From: Candidatus Latescibacterota bacterium
GTDB taxonomy: Bacteria; Latescibacterota; UBA2968; UBA8231
Assembly: GCA_965204725.1 (NCBI GenBank)
Contig: OZ242005.1
Location: 1,856,001 to 1,920,000 of the forward strand
DNA length: 64,000 nt
Direction: 5' to 3'
Shown here: positions 17,917 through 27,902 of the stretch, piece after piece
Position numbering within the stretch: position 1 is the first letter of the stretch
Layout of the letters: every line of letters begins with the position of its first letter
The notes under the pieces: generated by a model
Seen by the model: only the letters and a program-made list of their open reading frames with translations
What the model was told of the DNA's origin: nothing
Database searches by the model: none
Program-made: the position numbers and the translations under genes

Positions 17917-19376
17917 TCGTACCAGTCCCGCAACGCCGGATAAAGCGCCCGGTAGCGCTCAAAAGCCCGCCGGTACTCTGCGGCTCGCGCCCGGTCGCAG
18001 CGCACCGTCTCAGCCAACTTGACCGTGCGCTGGCAAGCGGTGGCAAAATCCGCATAGAGTCCGCCGCCGACGCCCGCTAACAACGCCGCCCCGATCGCCG
18101 ACAGATCGTCGGTGGCGATCCGCACCACGTCGCGCCCCAAAATATCGGCCTGAATCTGCCGCCACACCTCTGAGTGCGCTCCGCCCTCGCCTATCCGCAG
18201 TTCGTCGATGGGCAAGCCGATCTCGGCAAAGCAGTCGAGCGAGTGCCGCAAGTCGAAGACGACCCCCTCTAGCACGGCCCGCACCAAATGCCCCTTCGTG
18301 TGCCCCAGCGACAGCCCGACAAAGCCGCCGCGGGCGCGGGCGTCGGGCCGCGGCGTGGCCCTTCCTTCGAGCCAAGGCATGAAAAACACGCCCTCGGCCC
18401 CGGCCGGAACCGCCGCCGCCGCCGCGGTCAACTCTTCGTAACAGCCCCCGAACTCCTCCTTGAACCACTTGAGCGAGGCCCCCCCGGTAAATGAGCAGCC
18501 CAGCCAAGCGTATTTGCCGGGGATGGGATGGCACATCGGCCAGAGCTTGTCAAAGGCCCGCTGATCCAGCGTCTCGGCAAAAGCCGTGGCGTGTGCCGCC
18601 GTGCCAATGCCCAAGCCGATAATGCCCGGCTCAATGACCCCAGCCCCGAGGATCATGCAAGGCATGTCCCCGCCGCCCGCGACGACGGGCGTGCCCGCCG
18701 CCAGCCCGGTCTGCTCGGCAGCCGCTTGGGTTACGGCCCCGACCACGACCGGCGAATCGACCAAGCGCGGGAACAGCCTCATATCGACTTCCAAGGCCGC
18801 TAGAATTTCCCCGCACCACTGGCGCTCGTGTAGATCAAACGCCGCCGTTGTCGAGGCATCCGACACCTCGGCTGCTATCTGTCCGGTGAGCCGGTAGCGC
18901 AGCCAATCCTTGGGAAGCAGCACCCAGCGGCTCTGCTGGTAAACGTCGGCTGCATGGTCTTTTACCCATAGCACCTTCGCTAAGGTATTAACCGGCCCCA
19001 ACCGCATGAGCGTCCGCTCCCGCAGCAAGTCTCCCGCCCGCTGCTCGGCCCAATCGCACTCTGCTTGCGAGCGGTGATCGAGCCAGATCGGCACCCGCTG
19101 CAAGGGCTGCCCAGCGCGGTTGACAAATACCGCGCCGTTGATCTGCCCCGACAGGCCGACACAGGCGACCTGCGCTGGGTCCCTATCGGCGAGTGCCTGA
19201 CGCGCCGCCGCGCACAGCCCGCGCCACCAGTCCTCCGGGTCCTGCTCAACCCACCGCGGATGCGGCTTGTAGAGCGGATACTCGGCCTGCCCTCTAGCGA
19301 TGAGATCGCCCGCCTCGTCGAGGAGGACGGCCTTGGTGCTTCCCGTGCCCAAGTCAATGCCCAGTGCGTAGCGCAT
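17913..19376 (-). CDS. xylB: Xylulokinase / FGGY carbohydrate kinase
   Basis: GIDLGTGSTK, EQDPEDWW, WLDHRS, LLPKDW, LVRAVLEGV. Confidence 0.8.
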   Translation of the reverse strand: MRYALGIDLGTGSTKAVLLDEAGDLIARGQAEYPLYKPHPRWVEQDPEDWWRGLCAAARQALADRDPAQVACVGLSGQINGAVFVNRAGQPLQRVPIWLDHRSQAECDWAEQRAGDLLRERTLMRLGPVNTLAKVLWVKDHAADVYQQSRWVLLPKDWLRYRLTGQIAAEVSDASTTAAFDLHERQWCGEILAALEVDMRLFPRLVDSPVVVGAVTQAAAEQTGLAAGTPVVAGGGDMPCMILGAGVIEPGIIGLGIGTAAHATAFAETLDQRAFDKLWPMCHPIPGKYAWLGCSFTGGASLKWFKEEFGGCYEELTAAAAAVPAGAEGVFFMPWLEGRATPRPDARARGGFVGLSLGHTKGHLVRAVLEGVVFDLRHSLDCFAEIGLPIDELRIGEGGAHSEVWRQIQADILGRDVVRIATDDLSAIGAALLAGVGGGLYADFATACQRTVKLAETVRCDRARAAEYRRAFERYRALYPALRDWYD

Positions 19377-19385
19377 CTTCCCCTC

Positions 19386-20633
19386 CTATCCGAATCGATC
19401 GACGTTGCACAAACTCAGATTAAAACCCGGCTCCTCGCCCTGCACCACGCGCGCGGTCACCGCCCCAGTAACCGCCCCCAGCGAGACCCCAATCATGGCG
19501 TGCCCGGCGGCCACCGTGAGATTGTCGTAGGCGCGCGCCCGCCCTAAAAAGGGCAGGCCATCCGGCGTACAGGGCCGCAGGCCCCGCCACACTTCGATTA
19601 AGTCCAGCGCATCCGGCGTCCACGCCGGTACGTAGCGCGGCACCGCATTGACAATCGCGGCAACCCGCCGGCGGTTGATCGACATATCCATGCCCGCCAG
19701 TTCGAGCGTACCGGCAAAGCGCAGCTTGTCCCCCATGGGGGTCGCGCCAACGCGAGCCTCCACCAACATCAGGGGGACCGCCGGGCACGGATGCGGCTTG
19801 TGGAAGGTGACGCTGTAGCCCTTGGCCGGCTGCACCGGCAGGGACAAGCCCAGCGCGCGGGCCACGCCCGGCGACCACGCCCCACTGCACAGCACGACTT
19901 CGGCCGCGACAAAATCCCCGCGCGTCGTCTCGACCACTTGGACGCGACGCCCCTTTTTGCCAAACCCCAACACCTCGGTTTTTTCCCTGAACTGCACCCC
20001 GCGCTCGACGCAGCGCGCGGCTAACGCACGCACGAGACGCGCTGGATCCAAGTGGGCGTCTTGCGCGTAAAACGCCCCGCCCACGCAGTCCAATTCTACG
20101 GCCGCACTCTGCCGCGCCTGTTGGGCATTGACCATTTCCACCTCCAGCCCTATCTCCTGCATCAGCTCGGCTTCTTCGCGGACGTGCTGCAAGCCTTGTT
20201 CGTTCTTGCACAACAGGAGCCGACCCTCGTGCCCAAAGGCAAAATCCAATTCCGCGGCCAAGCCCTGATAAAGCCGCAAGCTCTCCAAGTGCATATCGCG
20301 CAACAGCGGCATGGCCTGCCGCACCCGCCGCAGGGTGCTGGCCTTGCGGAATTGCCACAGCCAAGCCATTAGCGCGCGCTCCCAGCGCCATTTGATGTAG
20401 AAGGGGCTGTCTGGGTCAAACATCCACCGCAGACCTTGGGCCATAACCCCCGGCTCGGCCAGCGGTACGCTGTGGCTGGGCACAATAAGCCCAGCGTTGC
20501 CATAGGAACTCCCCGCGCAGACCTCGTCCTTTTCGACCACCGTGACCTCGCGGCCCTGCTCCTGAAGAAAGTGCGCTGCGCAAATACCGACGACTCCGCC
20601 GCCGATGACCAGCACATCTACCTGTCGCGTCAT
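19386..20633 (-). CDS. FAD-dependent D-amino acid dehydrogenase (DadA-like)
   Basis: IGGGVVG, SSYGNAG, PAKGYS, WRGLRPCTPDGLP, GHAMIG. Confidence 0.88.
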   Translation of the reverse strand: MTRQVDVLVIGGGVVGICAAHFLQEQGREVTVVEKDEVCAGSSYGNAGLIVPSHSVPLAEPGVMAQGLRWMFDPDSPFYIKWRWERALMAWLWQFRKASTLRRVRQAMPLLRDMHLESLRLYQGLAAELDFAFGHEGRLLLCKNEQGLQHVREEAELMQEIGLEVEMVNAQQARQSAAVELDCVGGAFYAQDAHLDPARLVRALAARCVERGVQFREKTEVLGFGKKGRRVQVVETTRGDFVAAEVVLCSGAWSPGVARALGLSLPVQPAKGYSVTFHKPHPCPAVPLMLVEARVGATPMGDKLRFAGTLELAGMDMSINRRRVAAIVNAVPRYVPAWTPDALDLIEVWRGLRPCTPDGLPFLGRARAYDNLTVAAGHAMIGVSLGAVTGAVTARVVQGEEPGFNLSLCNVDRFG

Positions 20634-20753
20634 AGCCAAGCCTCGCGTTGGGTTGATCCGGCGTCTTGACGCCGGGCGCGTTTCGCGCTACGTATTCGAG
20701 GGAGATTATACGCCGAAAACCTGCGTTGAGCCACCAGCAGAAAGGAACTATCC

Positions 20754-21800
20754 ATGCTACATCGCGCCGTGCGCGTCGGAATGATTGGCTGCGGCACCCA
20801 AGCCAACGTTCACTTTGCCGGCATCGAGGCCCTCGGCGCAGCCCAAGCGACGGTTGCTGCGGTCTGCGACCTCGACGACGACCGCCTCAACGCCGCTTGC
20901 CAGCGCTGGCCCGAAGCCCGGGCCGCCCAAGACTATCGGGCCATGCTCGCCCCCGGCGACCTCGACTTGGTCATCGTCGCCACCATGCCCAACACGCACG
21001 AGGCCATATCGTTGGCCAGCCTCGACGCCGGGGCCTGCGTGTTGTGCGAAAAGCCTTTTATGATGAATGTCGCGCAGGCCGAAGCGGTCCTCGCCAAGGC
21101 CGCAAAAACCGGGCTGCAAGTCCAGCTCGGCACCAACATGCGCTATATGCCGAGTTCGCGGTATTTGCGCGATCTGGTCCAAACCGGCTCCATCGGCGAG
21201 CCCGTGTTCGCCAAGGCGTGGGGCTGCCACCACGACCCGCCCGTTTGGGGGCCGCACTATCACCTCGCGACCTCTGGCGGCGGCGTCCTCGCCTCGACCT
21301 TGGTCCACACGCTCGACTTGGCGATGTGGGTCGGCGGCTCGCCCAATCCGCTCACCGTTAGCGCGGCGACCCGACGCCTCTTCCCCGGCAAGCGCGGTCC
21401 CAAGGTCCATGCCGCCATCCACGCACGCTACGACGCCGAAGACCTCATCAGTGCCTTGGTGCGCTTTGACAACGGCACCTTTTACTCTTTGGAGGGCAAC
21501 TGGTGTAGCGAGGGGACCGACTTCCACAGCTTTGAGCTAACCACCACCCAAGGCACCATCACCGGCGCACCCTTTGCGGTCAAGGTGGATGTCCAAGGCG
21601 CGATCGTCGATCAAACGCCCCAACTCGACAGCGACGACGACTGGTTCCAAAGCGTCCACACCCAAGACGCCGCCCTCATCGCCCAACTCCGCGCCGGCGA
21701 GCCTTGGGCCATGCAGGACGCCCGCCAACTACTCAACCTGCAAAAGGTCGTCGATGCCTGCTACGAGTCGGCGCGTATAGGCCGAGAGGTTGTACTATAA
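20754..21800 (+). CDS. Gfo/Idh/MocA oxidoreductase
   Basis: IGCG, LCEKP, GGGVL...HTLD. Confidence 0.88.
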   Translation: MLHRAVRVGMIGCGTQANVHFAGIEALGAAQATVAAVCDLDDDRLNAACQRWPEARAAQDYRAMLAPGDLDLVIVATMPNTHEAISLASLDAGACVLCEKPFMMNVAQAEAVLAKAAKTGLQVQLGTNMRYMPSSRYLRDLVQTGSIGEPVFAKAWGCHHDPPVWGPHYHLATSGGGVLASTLVHTLDLAMWVGGSPNPLTVSAATRRLFPGKRGPKVHAAIHARYDAEDLISALVRFDNGTFYSLEGNWCSEGTDFHSFELTTTQGTITGAPFAVKVDVQGAIVDQTPQLDSDDDWFQSVHTQDAALIAQLRAGEPWAMQDARQLLNLQKVVDACYESARIGREVVL

Positions 21801-21823
21801 CATACACGGCTGCAACGAGTTGA

Positions 21824-22882
21824 CTAAGGCCGCATGGCCTCGCCGCGCAACAGGATGGCGCGGATGTCGTAGCGGCCCGGGCGCTCGACCGGCAAATCCC
21901 CTGCCTCGATCATCACCTCCAGCGGCGAAGCCATCGTCCGCAGCGGCAGCGCGGTCACTTCGCGTAGCCGCGCCGACTCGTACGTGGCCATGATGATCTC
22001 CACCGCCGCCCGGCCGTTTTCCGCTTGACCGCGATGCTCAACCCGGCCTTCGATCCACTCCACGATCGCGCGCTGCTGCCCAACGCTGGGGTCCTCGCCC
22101 TCGCCCGGATGCTCTTCCCAAGTGCCGGTCTGGGGGTTGAGCAGCCGCACCTTGCGCTCGTCGAGTTCAATGATCCCCTCCGAGCCGTAGAAGACCCCGC
22201 CTTGGTAATTCGGGCCAGCCAACTCCTGCAAAAGCTGGCCGATGGCCCCGTTGTCGAACTGGACCACGCACAGACTGCGATCCTCAATGGGGATGTCGCG
22301 CTCAAAGCGCTCGGTTTTGCGCTCGATATTGCCCATGACCCACACGGCCTGCGGATCGCCCATCACGTAGCGCATCATGTCCAACAGGTGCGAGCAGTCG
22401 TTGAGCAAGCCCTGTCCGCCGCGGGCGTTGACCTGTCGCACCTCGCCAATGGCCCCGGCGGCCACCAGTTCCTTGGCCAAGGTCCACGCCGGATTGAAGC
22501 GGCGCTGATGGGCAATGGCCAGCTTGACGCGGTTGCGCTGGGCGGCGATGAGCATGGCGTCGCAATCGCCCAAATTTGTCGCCATGGGCTTTTCGCACAG
22601 CACGGCTTTGGGTTTGCGCGCACAGGCGGCAATCGTCTGCGGGGCGTGCAACTTGTGCCAAGTGCAAATCGAGACGATGTCGAGCACTTCCGCGTCAAGC
22701 ATTTGGCGAAAATCCTCGTAGCGTTGCGCGATCCCATGCCGCGCGCCGAACTCCTCCCGCGCCGCAGCCACCGGATCGGCCAGCGCCACCACCTCGACTT
22801 GGTCCACCCCGTTCCAGCCTTGGAGGTGATAGTTGGCAATGCTGCCACAGCCGATAATGCCCACTCGGTATTTTGCTGCCAT
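21824..22882 (-). CDS. Gfo/Idh/MocA oxidoreductase
   Basis: IIGCGSIA, LCEKPMA, HQRRF, SHLLD. Confidence 0.88.
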   Translation of the reverse strand: MAAKYRVGIIGCGSIANYHLQGWNGVDQVEVVALADPVAAAREEFGARHGIAQRYEDFRQMLDAEVLDIVSICTWHKLHAPQTIAACARKPKAVLCEKPMATNLGDCDAMLIAAQRNRVKLAIAHQRRFNPAWTLAKELVAAGAIGEVRQVNARGGQGLLNDCSHLLDMMRYVMGDPQAVWVMGNIERKTERFERDIPIEDRSLCVVQFDNGAIGQLLQELAGPNYQGGVFYGSEGIIELDERKVRLLNPQTGTWEEHPGEGEDPSVGQQRAIVEWIEGRVEHRGQAENGRAAVEIIMATYESARLREVTALPLRTMASPLEVMIEAGDLPVERPGRYDIRAILLRGEAMRP

Positions 22883-22903
22883 GTCGTCTTCCTTTGTTGG
22901 AGG

Positions 22904-24787
22904 TTAATTGATCCATTCGACAATCGCGTCCGCGCTCAGGCCCTCAGCCTCCACCACGAGTTGCGCTTCCGTGCCGGCCGCACGGTAGCATTGCCTAGCG
23001 ACGCGCTCTGGGAAGTGCGCCCCGGCCCCGTGTACCAACAGCCGCCCCGGCGCACACAACGATAGGGCCGTCCGCACGTCGCCCAAGGCGCGAATCCCCG
23101 GCGCGAAAAGTGCTCCGGTCCACGCTTCGTCGGCGCTGAGATCGCGGCCATCCCAATCTACCGCCGTGCGGTCGACGCCCTCAGCCAACGCCCGCGCAAA
23201 CAGGCACCAGATGCCGGCCTCGCCTTGGCCGACGAGGTGGCACTGGTCCACGCGCAGGTGCTGGTCCAAATAGGCCAGACCCGTGAGCAGGTCCTGCACC
23301 CGGCAAGCCATCGTCGCCTGATTGTACGTGTGGTACAGGGGATCCATCTCATCGTGCCCCACCCGCTCTGCACCATCGGTCAGGAAGGGGGCGACAATCA
23401 GCACGGCCCCACCCGCCTGCAACAGACCCTGCGCCAGCACCCCCGGCTCGTCGCCGCCCCAGTGTGCATCGGCCAGCAGCGTCGCTGGCATGTTGCCTTG
23501 GGGACCGCGCGGAATGAAAAACGCCGCCCGCACCCGCTCCCCTCGGCCCACGCGCCCCAGGACCAGATCTTCGACCACATAGCCCTCCTCCCGCCGAAAC
23601 CCCAAGCTCTCGACCGCCACTGGAGGCGCGGCATCCACCCCGAGCAGACTCGCCAACGCCGGGCGCGTCGGCTGCTCGAAGCGTCCCAACCGCTGCTCGC
23701 TGCGGGCAATCACGGCGGCAAAGACCCCTTGCGCGTCGAGCGCGTGGGCCGGTTTTGCGCGCCCGCTGAACACCAGCAAATCCTCGTCCCGCTCCACGGC
23801 AAACGCCTGTTCGGCGACCGGCCCTTGCCCGCCGAGCAGGTGGTGCTTAAAAAACGCGTACACCGCCTCGCGGCTCGGCTGGTTGTAATTGTGAGGGGCG
23901 TCTATTTGCACCTCGCTCACCTTGTTGTGCGCTCCGTAGAGGCCGTAGATCGCCTGCACTGCCGGGAACTCAACCTCCGGCGTGTTCGCCGTCCAGTCGC
24001 CGGTACACGACACCAGCAACAAGGGCCTCGGTGCCATGCAACTGGCGATTTCTACGTTGTTGATGTCCAGCCGCAAGTGGCCCTGATTCTCGCAGCGACA
24101 GCCGCCCTGCATAAAGGCCGAGACCATGTTGACCGGCGCCGCGGCCTTGATTCTCTCGTCAACCGCCATCAGCAAAAAGGTCTGCGTCCCCCCGCCGGAC
24201 GCGCCCGTGCAGCCTAGGCGCTCGGCCTGTACATCGGCCAGCGAGGAGAGAAAGTCAACCACCCGAATGCTGTTCCACAGTTGCAAGCTCAACGCGCCGA
24301 TCCCCCACAGGGCCTCGCGCCGCCCCCCAATCTCCCGATGCACGAATTGGTCGCTGTCGTTGTACCCGACCATGTCGTACGAAAAGGCGACCATGCCCTG
24401 CCGCGCAAAATTGATGCAGCGCCCGGCAATCGACCCCAACTCGGTGTTTTCGAGCCGCCCGCGCTGCCAGTGGCCGTGCGGACAAGCAAGCGCCGGAAAA
24501 GGCCCCTCCCCGAGCGGCCGGTACAGATTGCCGCAGACGAAAAAGCCGGGCAGGCTCTCAAAAAAGACCTTTTCCACCGCATAGCCCTCCCGCTCAATCC
24601 GCCCAAAAATCTGCGCCTTGAGCGGCGTCTTGGCCGGCAGCGGCCACAAGCCCGCGCAGACGAGAATGTGCCGGCGAATAGCCGCGGCCCGCTCTTCCCA
24701 CTCGGCCAGCGTCCGATAGCGGCGCAAGGCCCACGGCGTACTGACGTGTTTGACCTCGCCTAGCCGCTCATCCCGTACAACAGTCAT
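22904..24787 (-). CDS. Acetylxylan esterase-like alpha/beta hydrolase (two domains)
   Basis: FESLPG, CPHGH, GASGGGTQT nucleophile elbow, HNYN. Confidence 0.82.
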   Translation of the reverse strand: MTVVRDERLGEVKHVSTPWALRRYRTLAEWEERAAAIRRHILVCAGLWPLPAKTPLKAQIFGRIEREGYAVEKVFFESLPGFFVCGNLYRPLGEGPFPALACPHGHWQRGRLENTELGSIAGRCINFARQGMVAFSYDMVGYNDSDQFVHREIGGRREALWGIGALSLQLWNSIRVVDFLSSLADVQAERLGCTGASGGGTQTFLLMAVDERIKAAAPVNMVSAFMQGGCRCENQGHLRLDINNVEIASCMAPRPLLLVSCTGDWTANTPEVEFPAVQAIYGLYGAHNKVSEVQIDAPHNYNQPSREAVYAFFKHHLLGGQGPVAEQAFAVERDEDLLVFSGRAKPAHALDAQGVFAAVIARSEQRLGRFEQPTRPALASLLGVDAAPPVAVESLGFRREEGYVVEDLVLGRVGRGERVRAAFFIPRGPQGNMPATLLADAHWGGDEPGVLAQGLLQAGGAVLIVAPFLTDGAERVGHDEMDPLYHTYNQATMACRVQDLLTGLAYLDQHLRVDQCHLVGQGEAGIWCLFARALAEGVDRTAVDWDGRDLSADEAWTGALFAPGIRALGDVRTALSLCAPGRLLVHGAGAHFPERVARQCYRAAGTEAQLVVEAEGLSADAIVEWIN

Positions 24788-24813
24788 TACGTCCTCCTTT
24801 GATTGCTATTCGA

Positions 24814-25935
24814 CTACCAAGGAATGGCGTCGTACAAAAAGGCCGCTGCCTCGGCATGCGCCCGACTGTTGGGATGAAAATCCGTCGGGTGAACCCAGTA
24901 CTCCCGGGCGTCCTTGCCAGCGAATAGCGGGAGCAGGTCCACGTGGTGGATCCCCTCCTGCCGCGCCACGGCCTCGAGGATTTCGTGGACCTCTGTTAGG
25001 GGGTAGGCGTCCAGTTGGTAGAATACAGGCCAGACGACCAAAGAAAAGGCAATCCCCTTCGCCGAGCAGTACGTCTTCATCTGGCGGAGCAACTGCTGGG
25101 TCTGGGGCCAATGGGGGTTGTTGGTGTAGAGTTGTCGATACCACTCAATGGTTTCGCCAGCGATCTGCCGCCGCTGCAAGCGCCGGGCAAACCAACGCAG
25201 GGTATAGCTGTCCCGTCCCGCCAAAAATCGGACGGAGTCGGCATTGGACCGGAATTCTCCTTCCAACCTCACACGAGGCCCGTTCTTATTAAGAATACCT
25301 CTCAATTCCCACTCATCCATACGTCCTTTTCTTATTGGATCATTTAGGAAAAACGAATACACGACGCGATCAACCTGAGCAAGGGACTTGGCATAGCGCT
25401 CCATTCTCTGGGCGATCAGCTCGATATTCCAAGTCGGCTTACAGCCCCTGAAGAGTCGATAGCGCTCGGCTGGGTGCTCTCGATTCAATCGGAGCTCCAA
25501 GACATTCGAAAAGTGATCCACCACCCGCACCCCGACACCAAAGCAAAAGGAGTCGCCGACCAACAAGACGATTTTGTCCTGCTCCGCATCGAACGCAGCC
25601 ATGGGCCGCTCGCGCAGTCCCTCTTCGTTGCGGCGTATCTCAATGGCATTGGGCACTTTACGCGGCGATAGATTGGCGAGAGCGGGATCTTTGCTGGCAT
25701 TCCACCGATAGGTCAACTCCCCAAACGGGTGTGCCTGCCGTAGATCCCAGTCGGGCGTACCCGCAAAGTGGTCGTCGTAGCACGACAGGCTAAGGCTTGG
25801 ATCGTCCGTCTTGTAATAGACCATGGGATAGATCGGCTCGGCCTGAGCGAGGAGCCAAAAAGAGACTTCAACCACGAGCGCACTAACGGCCAAACTGGCA
25901 ACGGCCAACAGCAGCGTACCGCCGATCTTGCTCAT
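24814..25935 (-). CDS. Membrane-anchored SGNH/GDSL hydrolase, copy 3
   Basis: N-terminal TM helix, NEEGLRE, GDSF, NDP, DFHPN. Confidence 0.82.
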   Translation of the reverse strand: MSKIGGTLLLAVASLAVSALVVEVSFWLLAQAEPIYPMVYYKTDDPSLSLSCYDDHFAGTPDWDLRQAHPFGELTYRWNASKDPALANLSPRKVPNAIEIRRNEEGLRERPMAAFDAEQDKIVLLVGDSFCFGVGVRVVDHFSNVLELRLNREHPAERYRLFRGCKPTWNIELIAQRMERYAKSLAQVDRVVYSFFLNDPIRKGRMDEWELRGILNKNGPRVRLEGEFRSNADSVRFLAGRDSYTLRWFARRLQRRQIAGETIEWYRQLYTNNPHWPQTQQLLRQMKTYCSAKGIAFSLVVWPVFYQLDAYPLTEVHEILEAVARQEGIHHVDLLPLFAGKDAREYWVHPTDFHPNSRAHAEAAAFLYDAIPW

Positions 25936-26010
25936 AAGGCGGCCGGCTCCTGCTGCCCACAGGCGACGACCACCGCCATGCCCCGTGCGCTCCACATCGA
26001 CAAATGGGCA

Positions 26011-26058
26011 AGAGGCCCTCGATCCTTAGAAGGCTGGAGGCTGGTGTCGTGTAGTAAG
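26011..26058. repeat. Partial family A/MITE right end
   Basis: CCCTCGATCCTTAGAAGGCTGGAGGCTGGTGTCGTGTAGTAAG matches 14255-14297. Confidence 0.65.
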
Positions 26059-26410
26059 TGGGGTACTAAAAGAGGCGTGGCTAGCCCTAGGCCGCATGGC
26101 ACTGCGAGGGCCTTGAGGCCGTGCAGCAAGCCCCTCGCTACGCCAAACGGCCTCGCACGATCGGTGGGCCGATGCTGAGAAGCAGAGAATTTAGTGCTTA
26201 GTGATCGAGAAGAATTTGTGGGGGGTGGGGATAAATCGTTGTTATTAAATGACTTATGAACCATTAAATCGACGATAACTCCAAGCACCCAACAGGGCTC
26301 GGCACTCGCAGCAAGGCCCCCGTCTGATATGGAATGATCAAACATTATGTCTCGTTCGTCCTCTAACTGGCGGCACCAAATTTGCCGCCAAAAAAGGGGT
26401 TACAATGCAC

Positions 26411-26481
26411 CTTAGTACGCGACACTTACGTTGAGTACCGCCCTCGATCCTTGGAGATTGGCCGCTGGTGTCGTGTAGTAA
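26411..26481. mobile_element. Internally deleted copy of the MITE at 14158
   Basis: AGTACGCGACACTTAC ... CGCCCTCGATCCTTGG ... GGTGTCGTGTAGTAA. Confidence 0.65.
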
Positions 26482-26660
26482 TGTAGTAAGGTTGGTGGTT
26501 AAAAGTAGGGGCTGAAAAAGCAAAAGTCCAATACCCGCTTTCCCCATTCCACAACGGGAACTCCGACCCGGGCATAGCGAGCATTCAAGACGCCCGCGGC
26601 CAGCGTAGTGCCCACGCCGCGTCAATCCTCGGGGGGCTGGCGCGCCCTTTAGCCCTCGCA

Positions 26661-27788
26661 CTACCAAGGAATGGCGTCGTACAAAAAGGCCGCGGCCGCG
26701 GCATGCGCCCGACTGTTGGGATGAAAATCCGTCGGGTGAACCCAATAGTCCCGAGCGTCCTTACCAGCGAATAGCGGGAGCAGGTCCACGTGGTGGATCC
26801 CCTCTTGCCGCGCCACGGCCCCGATGATTTCGTGTGCCTCTGTTAGCGGATAGGCATCAAGTTGGTGGAATACAGGCCAGACGACCAAAGAGAAGGCAAC
26901 CCCCTTCGCCGAGCAGTACTTCTTCATCCAGCGGAGTACCTGCTGGGTCTGGGGCCAATGGGGGTTGTTGGTGTAGAGTTGTCGATACCACTCAATGGTA
27001 TCGCCGGCGATCTGCTGCCGCTGCAAGCGTAGGGCAAACCAACGCAGGGTATAGCTGTCCCGTCCCGCCAAAAATCGGGCGGCGGCCTTGGACCGGGACC
27101 GCAAGATCATAAAATCGTTAAATTCACCTTCCAACTCCAGACGACGCCCGTTCTTTTTTGTAATACCTCTCAATTCTCTTTCCCACTTAGAAAGACGCCC
27201 CTTAAAAATTGGATCGTTTAGGACAAACGAATACACGACGCGATCAACCCGAGCAAAGTACTCGACATAATGCTCCATGAACTCGGCGACCTGCTCGATA
27301 TTCCTGCCCGACATACAGGCATTGAAGAGTCGATAGTGCTCGGCTGGGTACTCCCGATACAAGCGGGTCTCCAAGACATTCGAAAAGCGATCCACCACCC
27401 GCACCCCTTGACCAAAGCAGAAGGAGTCGCCGACTAACACGACGATTTTGTCCCGCTCCGCATCGAACGCAGCCATGGGCCGCTCGCGCAGTCCCTCTTC
27501 GTTGCGGCGTATCTCAATGGCATTGGGCACTTTACGCGGCGATAGATTGGCGCGGTTGGTCAACTCCCCAAACGGGTGTGCCCGTCGCAAATCCCAGTCG
27601 GGCGTACTCGCAAAGTGGTCGTCGTAGCACGACAGCCTAAGGCTTGGATCGTCCGTATCGTAACCGACCGAGGGATAGACCGGGTTGACCCGAGCGAGGA
27701 GCCAAAAAGAGACTTCAACCACGAGCGCACTAACGGCCAAACTCGCAACGACCAACAGCAGTTTACCGCCGATCTTGCCGCGCTCCAT
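26661..27788 (-). CDS. Membrane-anchored SGNH/GDSL hydrolase, copy 2
   Basis: Same motifs as copy 3; AAGGAGG RBS before MERGK. Confidence 0.85.
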   Translation of the reverse strand: MERGKIGGKLLLVVASLAVSALVVEVSFWLLARVNPVYPSVGYDTDDPSLRLSCYDDHFASTPDWDLRRAHPFGELTNRANLSPRKVPNAIEIRRNEEGLRERPMAAFDAERDKIVVLVGDSFCFGQGVRVVDRFSNVLETRLYREYPAEHYRLFNACMSGRNIEQVAEFMEHYVEYFARVDRVVYSFVLNDPIFKGRLSKWERELRGITKKNGRRLELEGEFNDFMILRSRSKAAARFLAGRDSYTLRWFALRLQRQQIAGDTIEWYRQLYTNNPHWPQTQQVLRWMKKYCSAKGVAFSLVVWPVFHQLDAYPLTEAHEIIGAVARQEGIHHVDLLPLFAGKDARDYWVHPTDFHPNSRAHAAAAAFLYDAIPW

Positions 27789-27902
27789 GTTCGGAATTTC
27801 CTCCTTTAACGCGAATAGTGAGCATTCAAGACGCCCGCGGCCAGCATAGCACCCCACGCCGCGTCAATCCTCGGGGGGCTGGCGCGCCCTTTAGCTCTCG
27901 CA

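Noticed and set aside
22025-24217. Long antisense or shadow ORFs (e.g. 22025-23065, 23225-24217, 32352-33314, 50817-51926)
   Set aside because: Typical of high-GC codon bias opposite or overlapping real genes; no recognisable motifs.
26060-26400. Possible ncRNA or gene in the spacer between SGNH copies 2 and 3
   Set aside because: It lies between MITE fragments and shows no convincing structure or coding signal.
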